A stretch of 16,453 nucleotides of DNA from Candidatus Hydrogenedentota bacterium (GTDB lineage: Bacteria > Hydrogenedentota > Hydrogenedentia > Hydrogenedentales > SLHB01), in the NCBI GenBank assembly GCA_034408725.1, contig JAWXCN010000159.1:1-16453 (forward strand), read 5' to 3'. The notes below the pieces were generated by a model. It did no database searches, had not been told where the DNA came from, and worked only from the letters and a program-made list of their open reading frames with translations. How positions within the stretch are numbered: the stretch's first letter is position 1; each line of letters begins with the position of its first letter. The position numbers were made by a program, and so were the translations under genes. This document shows, piece after piece, positions 1-9,113 of this stretch.

Positions 1-46
1 GGTACAACGTTTCATAAATGAGTTATCACCAAGGACAGTCCAACAA

Positions 47-1855
47 ATGGCAAAACCCCCAAAGCGTCCCCTAAAGCTATCCAGCGTCGCGCGCGACGCG
101 CGCACGTTGCTTGCCGACCATTGGCGTCGTTTGGCGTTTGGCGCAAGTCTGATGGTGGTCAATCGCGCGTCCAGCTTCGTTCTGCCGGTTTCGTCCAAAT
201 TTGTCATCGACGAAATTGTGGGCAACAAGCGCGATGAGCTACTCGTGCCGATAGCCGTCGCGGCGGGAATTGCGACGCTCATCCAGGCCGGTACCTCGTT
301 TACATTATCCGTTGTTGTCGGTGTTGCGGGACAGAAAGCGATTACAGACATGCGCCGCCGCGTGCAGGCGCACATCATGCACCTGCCCATCCGCTACTTC
401 GACAAGACCAAAAGCGGCGAGCTGATTTCGCGAATCATGACCGACGCGGAAGGCATTCGAAACCTTGTCGGCACTGGGATCGTTCTGCTGATCGGTGGAT
501 TGCTCACTGCAAGCGTCGCGCTTGGCGTATTGTTCTGGCTCAATTGGAAACTAACCTCGTTGACCCTCGTAGTGTTGGTGGGTTTCGGTATCTTCACTTC
601 CTCGACTTTCAAACGGCTTCGACCCGCGTTTCGCACTCGGGGCGAAATCAATGCGGAGGTCACAGGCAGACTTTCTGAATCGCTTGGCGGCATTCGCATC
701 GTCAAGGCGTACACCGCGGAAAAGCGCGAGCAACTGGTTTTCACCCACGGCGCGCACCGGCTTCTGCGCAACATCGCCAGCACGATGGTCGGCGTGTCCA
801 GCACTACCGCGGTTGCAACGGCGCTAGTCGGCATCATCGGCGTTATCATGATTCTCGTGGGCGGTCGCTCATTGATTTCCGGCCAGATGACGCTGGGCGA
901 TTTTGTCATGTACATCTTTTTCACGGGACTCGTCGCCGCGCCGGTCGTGCAGATATCTTCGATTGTCACGCAGATTAGTGAAGCATTCGCGGGACTTGAC
1001 CGCATCCACGAAATCATGGCCACCCCCACGGAAGACCAGGAAGACGAACACAAAACCCCAATGGGCGAAATCCGCGGCGAGGTTTCCTTCGAAGATGTGT
1101 GGTTCGAGTACGAACCCGATACGCCCGTCCTGAAAGGAGTATCTTTTCACGCGCCCGCCGGCACTACGACGGCCTTAGTTGGCTCCAGCGGCTCAGGAAA
1201 GAGCACGCTTATTTCGCTGGTCATGGCGTTCAGCTATCCGAAGTCGGGACGAATACTCATTGACGGCCAAAGCCTCCAAGAGACCCGCCTGCGCGATTAC
1301 CGTTCGCACATCGGCATCGTGATGCAGGATAATTTCCTGTTTGACGGTTCCATATCGGACAATATCCGGTTTTCAAAACCCGGCGCAACGCGCGACGAAA
1401 TCGTGCGGGTCAGCAAGATTGCGCATTGCGACGAATTCATCCAGCATTTTGAGAACGGGTACGACACGATAGTCGGAGAACGCGGTGTGCGGCTTTCGGG
1501 AGGCCAGCGCCAGCGGGTCGCGATCGCGCGCGCGATACTCGCCAACCCAAGCATTCTGATTCTGGACGAAGCCACATCGAGTCTCGATAGCGAAAGTGAA
1601 GCGATGATCCAGGATGGCTTGCGAGCGTTGCGCAAGGGCCGCACCACGTTTGTCATCGCGCATCGCCTGTCTACCATCCGAAGCGCCGATCAAATCCTCG
1701 TGCTCGAAGGCGGTGAAATAGTCGAACGCGGAACGCATGCCGAACTCATCGCGCTCGATGGACGTTACAAGCAGCTTCACGACAAACAATACGCGCTCGA
1801 ATCCGACACCTTCGTAAATCCCGGTGAAGAACTCGAGCGAGAGAAAGTAATGTAG
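47..1855 (+). CDS. ABC exporter, fused permease + ATP-binding domain (MsbA/Sav1866-like half transporter)
   Basis: 602 aa. N-terminal hydrophobic TM domain. Walker A GSSGSGKS, Q-loop IVMQDNFLF, signature LSGGQRQR, Walker B ILILDEATSSLD, H-loop IAHRLST. SD-like AAGGA upstream of ATG. Substrate unknown. Confidence 0.95.
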   Translation: MAKPPKRPLKLSSVARDARTLLADHWRRLAFGASLMVVNRASSFVLPVSSKFVIDEIVGNKRDELLVPIAVAAGIATLIQAGTSFTLSVVVGVAGQKAITDMRRRVQAHIMHLPIRYFDKTKSGELISRIMTDAEGIRNLVGTGIVLLIGGLLTASVALGVLFWLNWKLTSLTLVVLVGFGIFTSSTFKRLRPAFRTRGEINAEVTGRLSESLGGIRIVKAYTAEKREQLVFTHGAHRLLRNIASTMVGVSSTTAVATALVGIIGVIMILVGGRSLISGQMTLGDFVMYIFFTGLVAAPVVQISSIVTQISEAFAGLDRIHEIMATPTEDQEDEHKTPMGEIRGEVSFEDVWFEYEPDTPVLKGVSFHAPAGTTTALVGSSGSGKSTLISLVMAFSYPKSGRILIDGQSLQETRLRDYRSHIGIVMQDNFLFDGSISDNIRFSKPGATRDEIVRVSKIAHCDEFIQHFENGYDTIVGERGVRLSGGQRQRVAIARAILANPSILILDEATSSLDSESEAMIQDGLRALRKGRTTFVIAHRLSTIRSADQILVLEGGEIVERGTHAELIALDGRYKQLHDKQYALESDTFVNPGEELEREKVM

Positions 1856-1884
1856 CGCCCGGCTTCCACGCCGGGCGTAATTTT
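1856..1884 (+). terminator. Intrinsic terminator hairpin between convergent genes
   Basis: Perfect 8-bp GC stem CGCCCGGC-ttccac-GCCGGGCG (1856-1877) followed by TAATTTT. Fills the 29-bp gap between two convergent stop codons. Confidence 0.75.
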
Positions 1885-4800
1885 CTAATCTACAAACGCA
1901 AACTCATTCGAACACAGCAATATCTGGCAATACTCCTGCCACGCTCTCGCTTCATCTTCCGCGAATGCGTCGCGGGCGGAATCTATCAATTGCGCGCCGA
2001 TTGCGACTTCTTCGTCGTGCGGCGCGCGTGCGAACAGTATGGCGTATAACCGGGCGATTCGGCCGCCGTCGTCCGTCGCGGAAAATGTCAATGCGCGTTC
2101 GGACAAGGCCTTCGCCTGTTCCAGCACAAATGGATTATTGATCAAAAATAATGCCTGCGGCGCGACCGTCGATTCGGTCCGTGTATCGATGATCGCGGTC
2201 GGGTCGGCGGCATCGAACAGCATGGTGTACGACGTGCGATCGCTGCGCACGGTCCTGAAATAAATCGTTCTGCGGGGTGTTGCCAGGTCCTTGAAAGGTT
2301 GCCCGCCAACCGAAAGGTCCAATTTGCCTGATACCGCCAGCATCGCGTCGCGCAGCGGTTCCGCTTCGAGTCGTCGCCGGTTCATCCGCGCGAACAGCAG
2401 GTTTTCAGGATCGCTTCCGGTCACGGCCCCGCTCGATTGCTGATACGTCGCTGACAACATGATCAACCTGTGCATTGTCTTCAGCGACCAGCCCGAACGG
2501 ATAAATTCCTGCGCGAGGTAGTCCAACAGTTCCGGATGCGTCGGCGGCACGCCCAGTTTCCCAAAATTTCCAGGCGTGCGCACGATACCCTCGCCGAAAT
2601 GGTGTTGCCAGATACGATTCACGATCACGCGCGCTGTCAGCGGGTTCTCCGCGCTTGCCGACCACTCCGCAAGTTGCAGACGCCCGCTGCCTTTCATCTC
2701 CGGAGTGCGCTCCGCGGACGCCAGCACCGCGGGAAATCCGCGCGGCACGGAATCGCCCAGTTGCGTGTAACTACCGCGCTTGTGAACCTTGACATCCTGA
2801 ATACCCGCGTACGGCGTGTTGGGGATACCCCCTTCCTGCACTCCCTCCGTGAATTCGAATTCGGGCGCCGGTTGCGCGCGCAGCCCAGCCAATGTCCCTC
2901 GCGCAATGACAAGTTTCTCGCGCGCGTCCGCCGATTCCGGCGCGGTGTTCGACAGCGGATCGATCCAGTACGGGCCCTTGTCCGATACGAGCAATGTGTA
3001 GAACCGCGTGTTCGGTTCATCGGGTAGTTTGCTGGCGTCATTCTCGTTTGAGAGCGCAGTGAGGACCGCGTCTATGCTTCCCTGCACGGACGCCGCGGCC
3101 TGTGTACGCGCCGCCTGATCACCGTTCACCGCGGCGTTCCAAACCGACAGCGGAGAATCAGCGGGCGCCGCGGGACTCGACAGATCGACAAACGACCAAA
3201 CGCCCGCATTGCCCATCGCATCTGCATGCGGGTTCGCCTGCAACGGATCAACGAGCACATCCGCGTTCAAATTCCACACGCGCGTCGTGTCGCACACATC
3301 CGTAATCTGGAGTTCGACCACGGTCGTGTCGCAGGAATAGTCGCCGCGGGGTTCAATGATTAGCAGTATCGAATCGCCTTGCTCGACGGCGACAGGTCCC
3401 AGCGGTTGCGCCTCCGGCGCAATCTCTATCGCGCCCGCGTTGTCTGCGACTCCTTCTGCCAAAGTTTGTATCGCTCCACCGTGACGGCGCTCGATGCGCC
3501 ACGTCACGCCATTGCCACAAGTCGGATCGGCGTCCGCCGCGCGACCCAACACCAGCACCGCGCCAGCAAGCGGACTAGTCCATGACACGGCCACCCCCGA
3601 TGCGGGCGACGGATGCACCGCAACGCTGCGCGCAGGTTGTTTGATGGTCGCGTAAGTCACCTCGTTCGCCGTAGTATTGAACACTGCTGTTGGCATGCCG
3701 CCGTCGCCCTGCCACGAAGCCAAACCCGCGATTCCCTGTATTGCCGGCACGGGATTGTGCAGCGCGCGCAACGGGTTTAACCCAAGTTGGTTCAACCAAC
3801 GCGTTACCGCCTGATCGTTTAGCCCGCGTTCTTTCGCGAACGCGACCACGTCAATGCCGGGGTTCGATTTGCGCGCTTCGGCGAAGTCCCACGCCGCGAG
3901 CAGATACGGCCCGGTTTGCTTTACCAATGTCGCAGTGGCCATCGCGCGCAACGCATCGGACTGCTGCTTTTCCGCGGCTTCCGCCTCACGCAACCGCGCG
4001 ATGTGCGCATCGCGCGCCGCAATCTCCGCCACGGGCGCGAGTGGTATATGCAGAATCGGCGAACCTTCGGTTTTCTGTCCCGGTCCCGGCAGGATATGCG
4101 AACTAAAGAATATGCCCGCAAGACCGTAGTAATCCTGCGTCGTGAAAGGATCGAACTTGTGATCGTGACAACGCGCGCAACTGAGCGTCACGCCCATGAT
4201 GCCGCGCGTGACAACGTCGATCTGATCATCGACGATGTCCGTCACCATCTTTTCCTTGTCCGCGTCGCCCTGCGGCCAATTTCCGATGGCAAGCATCGCG
4301 GTAGCAATGGCGCCGTCGCGATTGAACCCGCTGCCGGGCGCGGCAGAATCCGGAATCAGATCACCCGCGATTTGGTGTTTTATAAATTCGTTGTATGGCA
4401 TGTCGCGGTTCAACGCGCCCACGACCCAGTCGCGGTATCGCCATGAGTTCACGGGGTCGGTCGCGGGTGTTCCGCGTGAATCGAAAGAATCCGTATACCG
4501 CACGACATCGAGCCAGTGCCGTCCCCAACGTTCGCCATAATGCGGCGATGCAAGCAATCGCTCGACAACTTTTGCGAACGCATCGGGTGACTTGTCCGCG
4601 ACGAACGCTTCCACGTCTTCCGGAGCCGGCGGCAAACCAATAAGATCAAAAGTTGCACGGCGAATGAGAACGTGTTTAGCCGCTGGCGCGGCGGGCGCCA
4701 CCTTTTCAGACTCGAGCTTCGCGAGTATGAACCGATCAACCGCATTCAACGCCCACGCTTCATCCTTCACCACCGGCGGCCCGAAAGCCGCCAATGGACG

Positions 4801-5484
4801 AAACGACCACCATTCGCGCCCTTTGGCAATATCAATACCCGTGGATTCCGCCGCCTGCGCGACCGCGGCTTCATCTGGCCACGGCGCGCCCATGCGCACC
4901 CACTCGATTAGCGCATCGATCTGGTCTTGCGGCAACTTCGAGTCCGGCGGCATACTGATCTTGCCCGTGTAGCGAATCGCATTCACCATGAGACCTGCGT
5001 CCGCGTCGCCAGCGACAACCGCCGCGCCGTGATCCCCTCCCTTTAATACAGCGCCGCGGGAATCTAGCCGCAGGTTCGATTTCTGCTTCTCCTCCCCGTG
5101 GCAGGCATGGCACTTCTCAATCAGAATCGGGCGCACCTTTGACTCAAAAAATCGGAGCGCTTCATCATCGAATAGAGGCGTTGCCGCGACCGGTTCGCCG
5201 ACGAGCCGTAATGCGCTCCCAATCGCGCGCAACCGTCCGGACAATTCCGCTCGTTGTTCATGGGTGACATTCGCATCAAGTTCGGATTGAAGGCGAGACT
5301 GCTCACGCAGTAGCTCTTCGGCAAGCGAACGGCGCGCATCAGGCGATACCAAGGTATCAAGCGTAGGCAATAGCCCGTCGAGGCCGTCTTGCTGCGCCCC
5401 AGCCAAGATGGAAAACACACCCGCGACGAGGAAAGCCATGACATACAAGGGTATACTGGCGCGTATGACGGGATTTTGCTTCAT
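1885..5484 (-). CDS. Planctomycete-type cytochrome c protein: PSCyt1 + DUF1549 (PSCyt2) + DUF1553 (PSD1), secreted, two CxxCH motifs
   Basis: 1199 aa with signal-peptide-like N-terminus. FFESKVRPILIEKCHACHG...LRLDS (PSCyt1; CHACH at 5098-5112). LIRRATFDLIGLPP, HYGERWGRHWLDVVRY, CARCHDHKFDP (DUF1549; CARCH at 4165-4179). GRLQLAEW...NPLTARVIVNRIWQHHFGEGIV...PTHPELLDYLA...RRLEAE...PQALF, ending LLCSNEFAFVD (DUF1553). Confidence 0.95.
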   Translation of the reverse strand: MKQNPVIRASIPLYVMAFLVAGVFSILAGAQQDGLDGLLPTLDTLVSPDARRSLAEELLREQSRLQSELDANVTHEQRAELSGRLRAIGSALRLVGEPVAATPLFDDEALRFFESKVRPILIEKCHACHGEEKQKSNLRLDSRGAVLKGGDHGAAVVAGDADAGLMVNAIRYTGKISMPPDSKLPQDQIDALIEWVRMGAPWPDEAAVAQAAESTGIDIAKGREWWSFRPLAAFGPPVVKDEAWALNAVDRFILAKLESEKVAPAAPAAKHVLIRRATFDLIGLPPAPEDVEAFVADKSPDAFAKVVERLLASPHYGERWGRHWLDVVRYTDSFDSRGTPATDPVNSWRYRDWVVGALNRDMPYNEFIKHQIAGDLIPDSAAPGSGFNRDGAIATAMLAIGNWPQGDADKEKMVTDIVDDQIDVVTRGIMGVTLSCARCHDHKFDPFTTQDYYGLAGIFFSSHILPGPGQKTEGSPILHIPLAPVAEIAARDAHIARLREAEAAEKQQSDALRAMATATLVKQTGPYLLAAWDFAEARKSNPGIDVVAFAKERGLNDQAVTRWLNQLGLNPLRALHNPVPAIQGIAGLASWQGDGGMPTAVFNTTANEVTYATIKQPARSVAVHPSPASGVAVSWTSPLAGAVLVLGRAADADPTCGNGVTWRIERRHGGAIQTLAEGVADNAGAIEIAPEAQPLGPVAVEQGDSILLIIEPRGDYSCDTTVVELQITDVCDTTRVWNLNADVLVDPLQANPHADAMGNAGVWSFVDLSSPAAPADSPLSVWNAAVNGDQAARTQAAASVQGSIDAVLTALSNENDASKLPDEPNTRFYTLLVSDKGPYWIDPLSNTAPESADAREKLVIARGTLAGLRAQPAPEFEFTEGVQEGGIPNTPYAGIQDVKVHKRGSYTQLGDSVPRGFPAVLASAERTPEMKGSGRLQLAEWSASAENPLTARVIVNRIWQHHFGEGIVRTPGNFGKLGVPPTHPELLDYLAQEFIRSGWSLKTMHRLIMLSATYQQSSGAVTGSDPENLLFARMNRRRLEAEPLRDAMLAVSGKLDLSVGGQPFKDLATPRRTIYFRTVRSDRTSYTMLFDAADPTAIIDTRTESTVAPQALFLINNPFVLEQAKALSERALTFSATDDGGRIARLYAILFARAPHDEEVAIGAQLIDSARDAFAEDEARAWQEYCQILLCSNEFAFVD

Positions 5485-5491
5485 GGGAAAA

Positions 5492-5497
5492 ATTCTA
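5492..5497 (-). promoter_or_regulatory. Putative -10 box (TAGAAT) for a leaderless transcript of the cytochrome c gene
   Basis: Minus strand reads TAGAAT-ttttccc-ATG, with 7 nt between hexamer and start codon and no SD. No convincing -35. Confidence 0.45.
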
Positions 5498-5568
5498 CGC
5501 CACGAGCGGGCTTCTCCGCGAATTTCGCGAGAACTTGCCTATTTTGGGGAACGACGAATGAGGACGCG

Positions 5569-5916
5569 GTGACCGGGCAATTCAAATCACCTGGAGCGGC
5601 GCCTGCCCGTAAACCATGCCGTAAATGCTGGAGACCGATTGACGCGTCGCACGCATACTGCCCGTATTGCGGGCAACCGCAACAAATACCGGACGCGTGG
5701 TATCACAATCCAATCTGGATTCTTGTGCTGGCCTTCACCGTGCTTGGGCCATTTGCGTTGCCGCTGGTGTGGAAATCGCGCAAAATGAATGTCGCGGCCA
5801 AACTCGGCGCAACAGCGGCGATTCTGCTCTACACCGCGTTTACGTTTTATTGCGCGTCCCGAATTATCACGTTCCAGCTCGATACGTTCAGGCAGTTGGA
5901 CGAACTGCTGCGCTGA
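5569..5916 (+). CDS. Small zinc-ribbon + membrane protein, hypothetical (115 aa)
   Basis: Start moved from 5389 (overlaps the opposite gene) to in-frame GTG 5569, preceded by GAGGA. CRKC-x10-CPYC zinc ribbon followed by two hydrophobic segments (PIWILVLAFTVLGPFALPLVW; LGATAAILLYTAFTFYC). Confidence 0.8.
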   Translation: MTGQFKSPGAAPARKPCRKCWRPIDASHAYCPYCGQPQQIPDAWYHNPIWILVLAFTVLGPFALPLVWKSRKMNVAAKLGATAAILLYTAFTFYCASRIITFQLDTFRQLDELLR

Positions 5917-5957
5917 CGGCCATTCGTCACTTGGCCCTCCTACTGAGTTGTGATGAA

Positions 5958-7619
5958 TTAGCGGGAAGCGCGAATGCGGAAGCGTCGATCGCTACGGTCA
6001 GTCTGCGTTGGATTTTCCACGGATTGGACCTTGACTTTGTAGCCGTTTCCCGGCGCCAGAGACTCCGGAACATTCCATCGGTACACGCCATCGTTGGCCG
6101 TGGATTCTTTAATCACCGAAACGGCTTCTCCGTCACGAAATACCGACAACGACACCTGATCGCCAATGCCGCCAATTGACAACCATTCTATCCGCGTTTT
6201 CTTCCCGGGTTTTATTCGCTCGCCTCCATTGGGCGTCAAAATGATTAATTTGTCGCCCAACGTGAACGTGCTGCGCGCGGCATGAATATCGGTATCGAGA
6301 TCAGCGGTATTTTCGTCCAACAAATTGTTTGAAGACCACACCGCCACCCAGTTCCCTTCTCCATCCGTCCGAATGCCTGGAAACGAATCGTTGCCGTGAT
6401 CGATGGACGCGTTTGAATTGAGCCCAACCACCGGGGTCCAGCTTAGGCCGTCGTCACGGGAGAAACTGGCGGATATATCGGAATCGGCATTCGCTTTCAC
6501 GGGACGCTGGGACGTCCACGCCGCGAGCCAACTGCCAGCGCCGTCAGTCGTCAATACTGGAATGACGTCGTCTTTGAAGTCTCTTCCAGGTTTCTCCAAC
6601 AGCGGCCGCGGTCCGGACCACGTTTCCCCGTTGTCTTCGGATCGAATGAGAAAAATGTCGTAGTCCGATGTCAACACCGGAATGGTCGCGCCCACATCGT
6701 GCGACGCGTATTCGCCGATGCCGACCCACAAGCCCGCGCCACCGGTCTCGATTCGTGAAATGTTGTGCCGCACGGGGTCCGAGTCCGCGTAGGAAATCAA
6801 CGCTTCAGGCGGGCTCCACGTCGCGCCGTTGTCGCCGGATCGCGAAATGTGCAGGCCATTGGCGATAACGAAACCGATAGTATTCCATACGACCATCCAT
6901 TCGCCGGGAGCGGTGGCGGCGGCGCGCGGGCTCGCGTCGATGAAGGAGTCATTCGCGGCGCTCACGGCAACCGGTGTACTCCATGTCGCGCCGTTGTCCG
7001 TAGATGTTGATGACAACAGATCGATATCGCCATTGGAATTCACGGGCACGGTGGTCCTCCACACGGCGAGCCAGCTCCCCGCGCTATCGGTTGCCAGCGA
7101 TGGCGACGGCGTCCCGGACAACAACGAAATTCCGAGCGGCGCAATGATGTCGGCTTTCGCGCTCAGCACGTCCGGCGCGCTCCACGTGGCGCCCTCGTCC
7201 TGCGAATGCGCAACCAGTATGTCGTAATCGGCGTTGACTTCGTCGTCATTTACCTTCACAACCCAGATTGCGACCCAGTTTCCCGATCCGTCGGTTGCAA
7301 GCCGCGGGTTAATATCGAGGACTGTGTCGCTTTCCGGATTCGCATTCAGCGCAAGCGGCGCGGACCACGTTGCGCCGTTATCCAGACTTCGCGAAATGAC
7401 CACGTCGGTTTCGTCGTCCACCGGGCCGCGCGGCCAGGACGCTATCCACACGCCATTGCCGTTTGTCTCGAGGCGCGAGCCGCCATCCGCGCGCGAGTCG
7501 GTCACCGCATTCGCAATGATTGCGGCAGGACCGCCAAATCCAAAACCGGCCTCGGCAAACGGCGCCACCAGCAACAGCATGACCAGCGAGACCGTTTTTC
7601 TCCGGTAGAATCGAGCCAC
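5958..7619 (-). CDS. Secreted Asp-box/BNR-repeat beta-propeller protein (sialidase-like fold) with C-terminal Ig-like (Kre9/Knh1-like, 'PNGGE') domain
   Basis: 553 aa, GTG start with AGGAGA SD, signal peptide ending AEA. Six Asp boxes: SLDNGATW, SQDEGATW, STDNGATW, SGDNGATW, SEDNGETW, SRDDGLSW. C-terminal LTPNGGERIKPG...IEW...NDGVYRWNVP...GNGYKVKV...DRSDRRFRI (5958-6248). Confidence 0.9.
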   Translation of the reverse strand: MARFYRRKTVSLVMLLLVAPFAEAGFGFGGPAAIIANAVTDSRADGGSRLETNGNGVWIASWPRGPVDDETDVVISRSLDNGATWSAPLALNANPESDTVLDINPRLATDGSGNWVAIWVVKVNDDEVNADYDILVAHSQDEGATWSAPDVLSAKADIIAPLGISLLSGTPSPSLATDSAGSWLAVWRTTVPVNSNGDIDLLSSTSTDNGATWSTPVAVSAANDSFIDASPRAAATAPGEWMVVWNTIGFVIANGLHISRSGDNGATWSPPEALISYADSDPVRHNISRIETGGAGLWVGIGEYASHDVGATIPVLTSDYDIFLIRSEDNGETWSGPRPLLEKPGRDFKDDVIPVLTTDGAGSWLAAWTSQRPVKANADSDISASFSRDDGLSWTPVVGLNSNASIDHGNDSFPGIRTDGEGNWVAVWSSNNLLDENTADLDTDIHAARSTFTLGDKLIILTPNGGERIKPGKKTRIEWLSIGGIGDQVSLSVFRDGEAVSVIKESTANDGVYRWNVPESLAPGNGYKVKVQSVENPTQTDRSDRRFRIRASR

Positions 7620-7648
7620 GGACTTCTCCTGTATTACATGTCAAAGCA

Positions 7649-7654
7649 ATTATA
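7649..7654 (-). promoter_or_regulatory. Putative sigma70 -10 box (TATAAT) for the BNR gene
   Basis: Perfect TATAAT on the minus strand about 30 nt upstream of the GTG start, in the 79-bp intergenic gap. The -35 is poor. Confidence 0.45.
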
Positions 7655-7698
7655 GCGCAGCGGCAAATGCCGATTTAATCATTCACGCCGGAATGTGC

Positions 7699-9012
7699 TC
7701 AAAACGCGAACAGAATGATCGCGAGTGCCGTCCCTAGCGCGGGCACGATTACCGTGAGGGCCGCCACCGCCGGATAGGCCGCAGTGTACGATTCCTTGCA
7801 AATCGAGCGGACTGTCGTGACTACGTAACCGTTATGCGGTAGCGTGTCGAGCGCACCGGACGAAATGGCCACGACCCGGTGCAATGCCTGCGGGTCAACG
7901 CCGAGATCGAGGTAATGCGGCGCGATCAGCGGCAGCGCGATTGTCTGGCCGCCGGAGGCCGATCCGGTAAGTCCCGCGATCACGCTCACGGCAATTGCCG
8001 CGCCTACCAACGGTTCGCCGGGCAGGTACGTCATCACGCCAACCGCGGTCTGGAACCCGTCCGTTAATTTCGCAACGCCGCCAAATCCTACTACGGCGGC
8101 GGTATTGGCAATCGCTATGAGCGCGCCGAGCGCCCCGCCAGCGGCGACCGTGGTCATGCGGCCACCGCGAAGGTGGCGCGCGTTCAATATCATTCCGGCG
8201 AGAACACCCGCGCCCAACGCGACTATAAGCGCCGATTCCTTCAGCGTGTCGTGCCAGAAAAACGTCACGACTAAAACCGCAAGCAATGGCGCCATGCCCT
8301 GCCATACGGCGGGGAGTGCTCTTACCTCGGTTTGCGGATCATCCGGGCGAATATCGAACCGCTCGCCGCGCGCCAGTGCGCGGCGCACCATCCACGACAA
8401 CCAGAGATAGCCGCCAACACCCATGGCAATCGCGACAACAAGACTGACTTTCCACGCCGCATATGGGGTCGTGCCGAGAAATTTTATGGGAATCCAGTTC
8501 TGAATTTCAGGAGACCCCGCCGAAGTCATGGTGAACGTGACCGAACCGAGCGCGAGCGCGGCGGGAATAAACCGCCGAGGCACATCGGCAATGCGAAACA
8601 GGCTCAGCGCCATCGGGTAGACCGAGAATGCAACGACAAAGAGACTGACGCCACCGTAGGTGAGCACCGCACACGCCAATACCACCGCGGCAACGGCATG
8701 CTTCGCGCCAAGCGTTCCAACAATCCATGCCGCAACGCTATCCGCCGCGCCACTGGCTTCCATCACCTTGCCAAACAGCGATCCCAGCAGGAACATGAAA
8801 AACCACGTCTGCACGAAACCCACGAATCCCTGCATATACGCGCCCGTGAAATTCGGCGCGCCTTCAGCGGCCAACTGCGGAAACACGGCGAAACCGCTCG
8901 TGATGGCGACCAACAACGCGCACAATGGCGCTGCTACGAGCAACTCCACGCCGCGCATGGTGAGAAATATAAGCAACGCAAGACCGAATAAGAGCCCCGA
9001 CAAGCTCAGCAT
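7699..9012 (-). CDS. GntP-family permease (H+/organic acid symporter)
   Basis: 437 aa, highly hydrophobic. FLLGSLFGKVMEASGAA, LTYGGVSLFVVAF, AGLTGSASGG, LHRVVAISSGALDTLPHNG are typical of GntP-family members. GAGGA SD. Substrate not determinable. Confidence 0.9.
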   Translation of the reverse strand: MLSLSGLLFGLALLIFLTMRGVELLVAAPLCALLVAITSGFAVFPQLAAEGAPNFTGAYMQGFVGFVQTWFFMFLLGSLFGKVMEASGAADSVAAWIVGTLGAKHAVAAVVLACAVLTYGGVSLFVVAFSVYPMALSLFRIADVPRRFIPAALALGSVTFTMTSAGSPEIQNWIPIKFLGTTPYAAWKVSLVVAIAMGVGGYLWLSWMVRRALARGERFDIRPDDPQTEVRALPAVWQGMAPLLAVLVVTFFWHDTLKESALIVALGAGVLAGMILNARHLRGGRMTTVAAGGALGALIAIANTAAVVGFGGVAKLTDGFQTAVGVMTYLPGEPLVGAAIAVSVIAGLTGSASGGQTIALPLIAPHYLDLGVDPQALHRVVAISSGALDTLPHNGYVVTTVRSICKESYTAAYPAVAALTVIVPALGTALAIILFAF

Positions 9013-9050
9013 GGATTTCCTCTGGGGTTCACAAAATTCGCGCCTGGCCG

Positions 9051-9059
9051 ATTATGGCA
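9051..9059 (-). promoter_or_regulatory. Putative extended -10 promoter (TGcCATAAT) for the GntP permease
   Basis: Minus strand TGCCATAAT about 40 nt upstream of the ATG at 9012. Confidence 0.35.
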
Positions 9060-9113
9060 TTGATGCGGCCAGAAACGGTAAGTCGGCCACTAACAGACAA
9101 CGCGCGGGCCATC

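Noticed and set aside
394..1053. 219-aa minus-strand ORF and the many other short ORFs nested in long genes
   Set aside because: They overlap confidently identified genes in other frames and show no motifs or SD.
47..1855. Assigning the symbol msbA or a role as exporter for the neighbouring proteins
   Set aside because: The family is clear but orthology is not. It is convergent to its neighbour and has no peptidase domain or adjacent adaptor gene.
5389..5568. N-terminal 60 aa of the 175-aa ORF call
   Set aside because: Overlaps the start and promoter of the opposite-strand cytochrome gene. GTG 5569 with GAGGA is the better start.
6400..7400. Recurrent DNA motif like CCACGTcGCGCCGTTGTC
   Set aside because: It encodes the DNGATW Asp boxes, so it is a protein repeat rather than a CRISPR or DNA repeat element.
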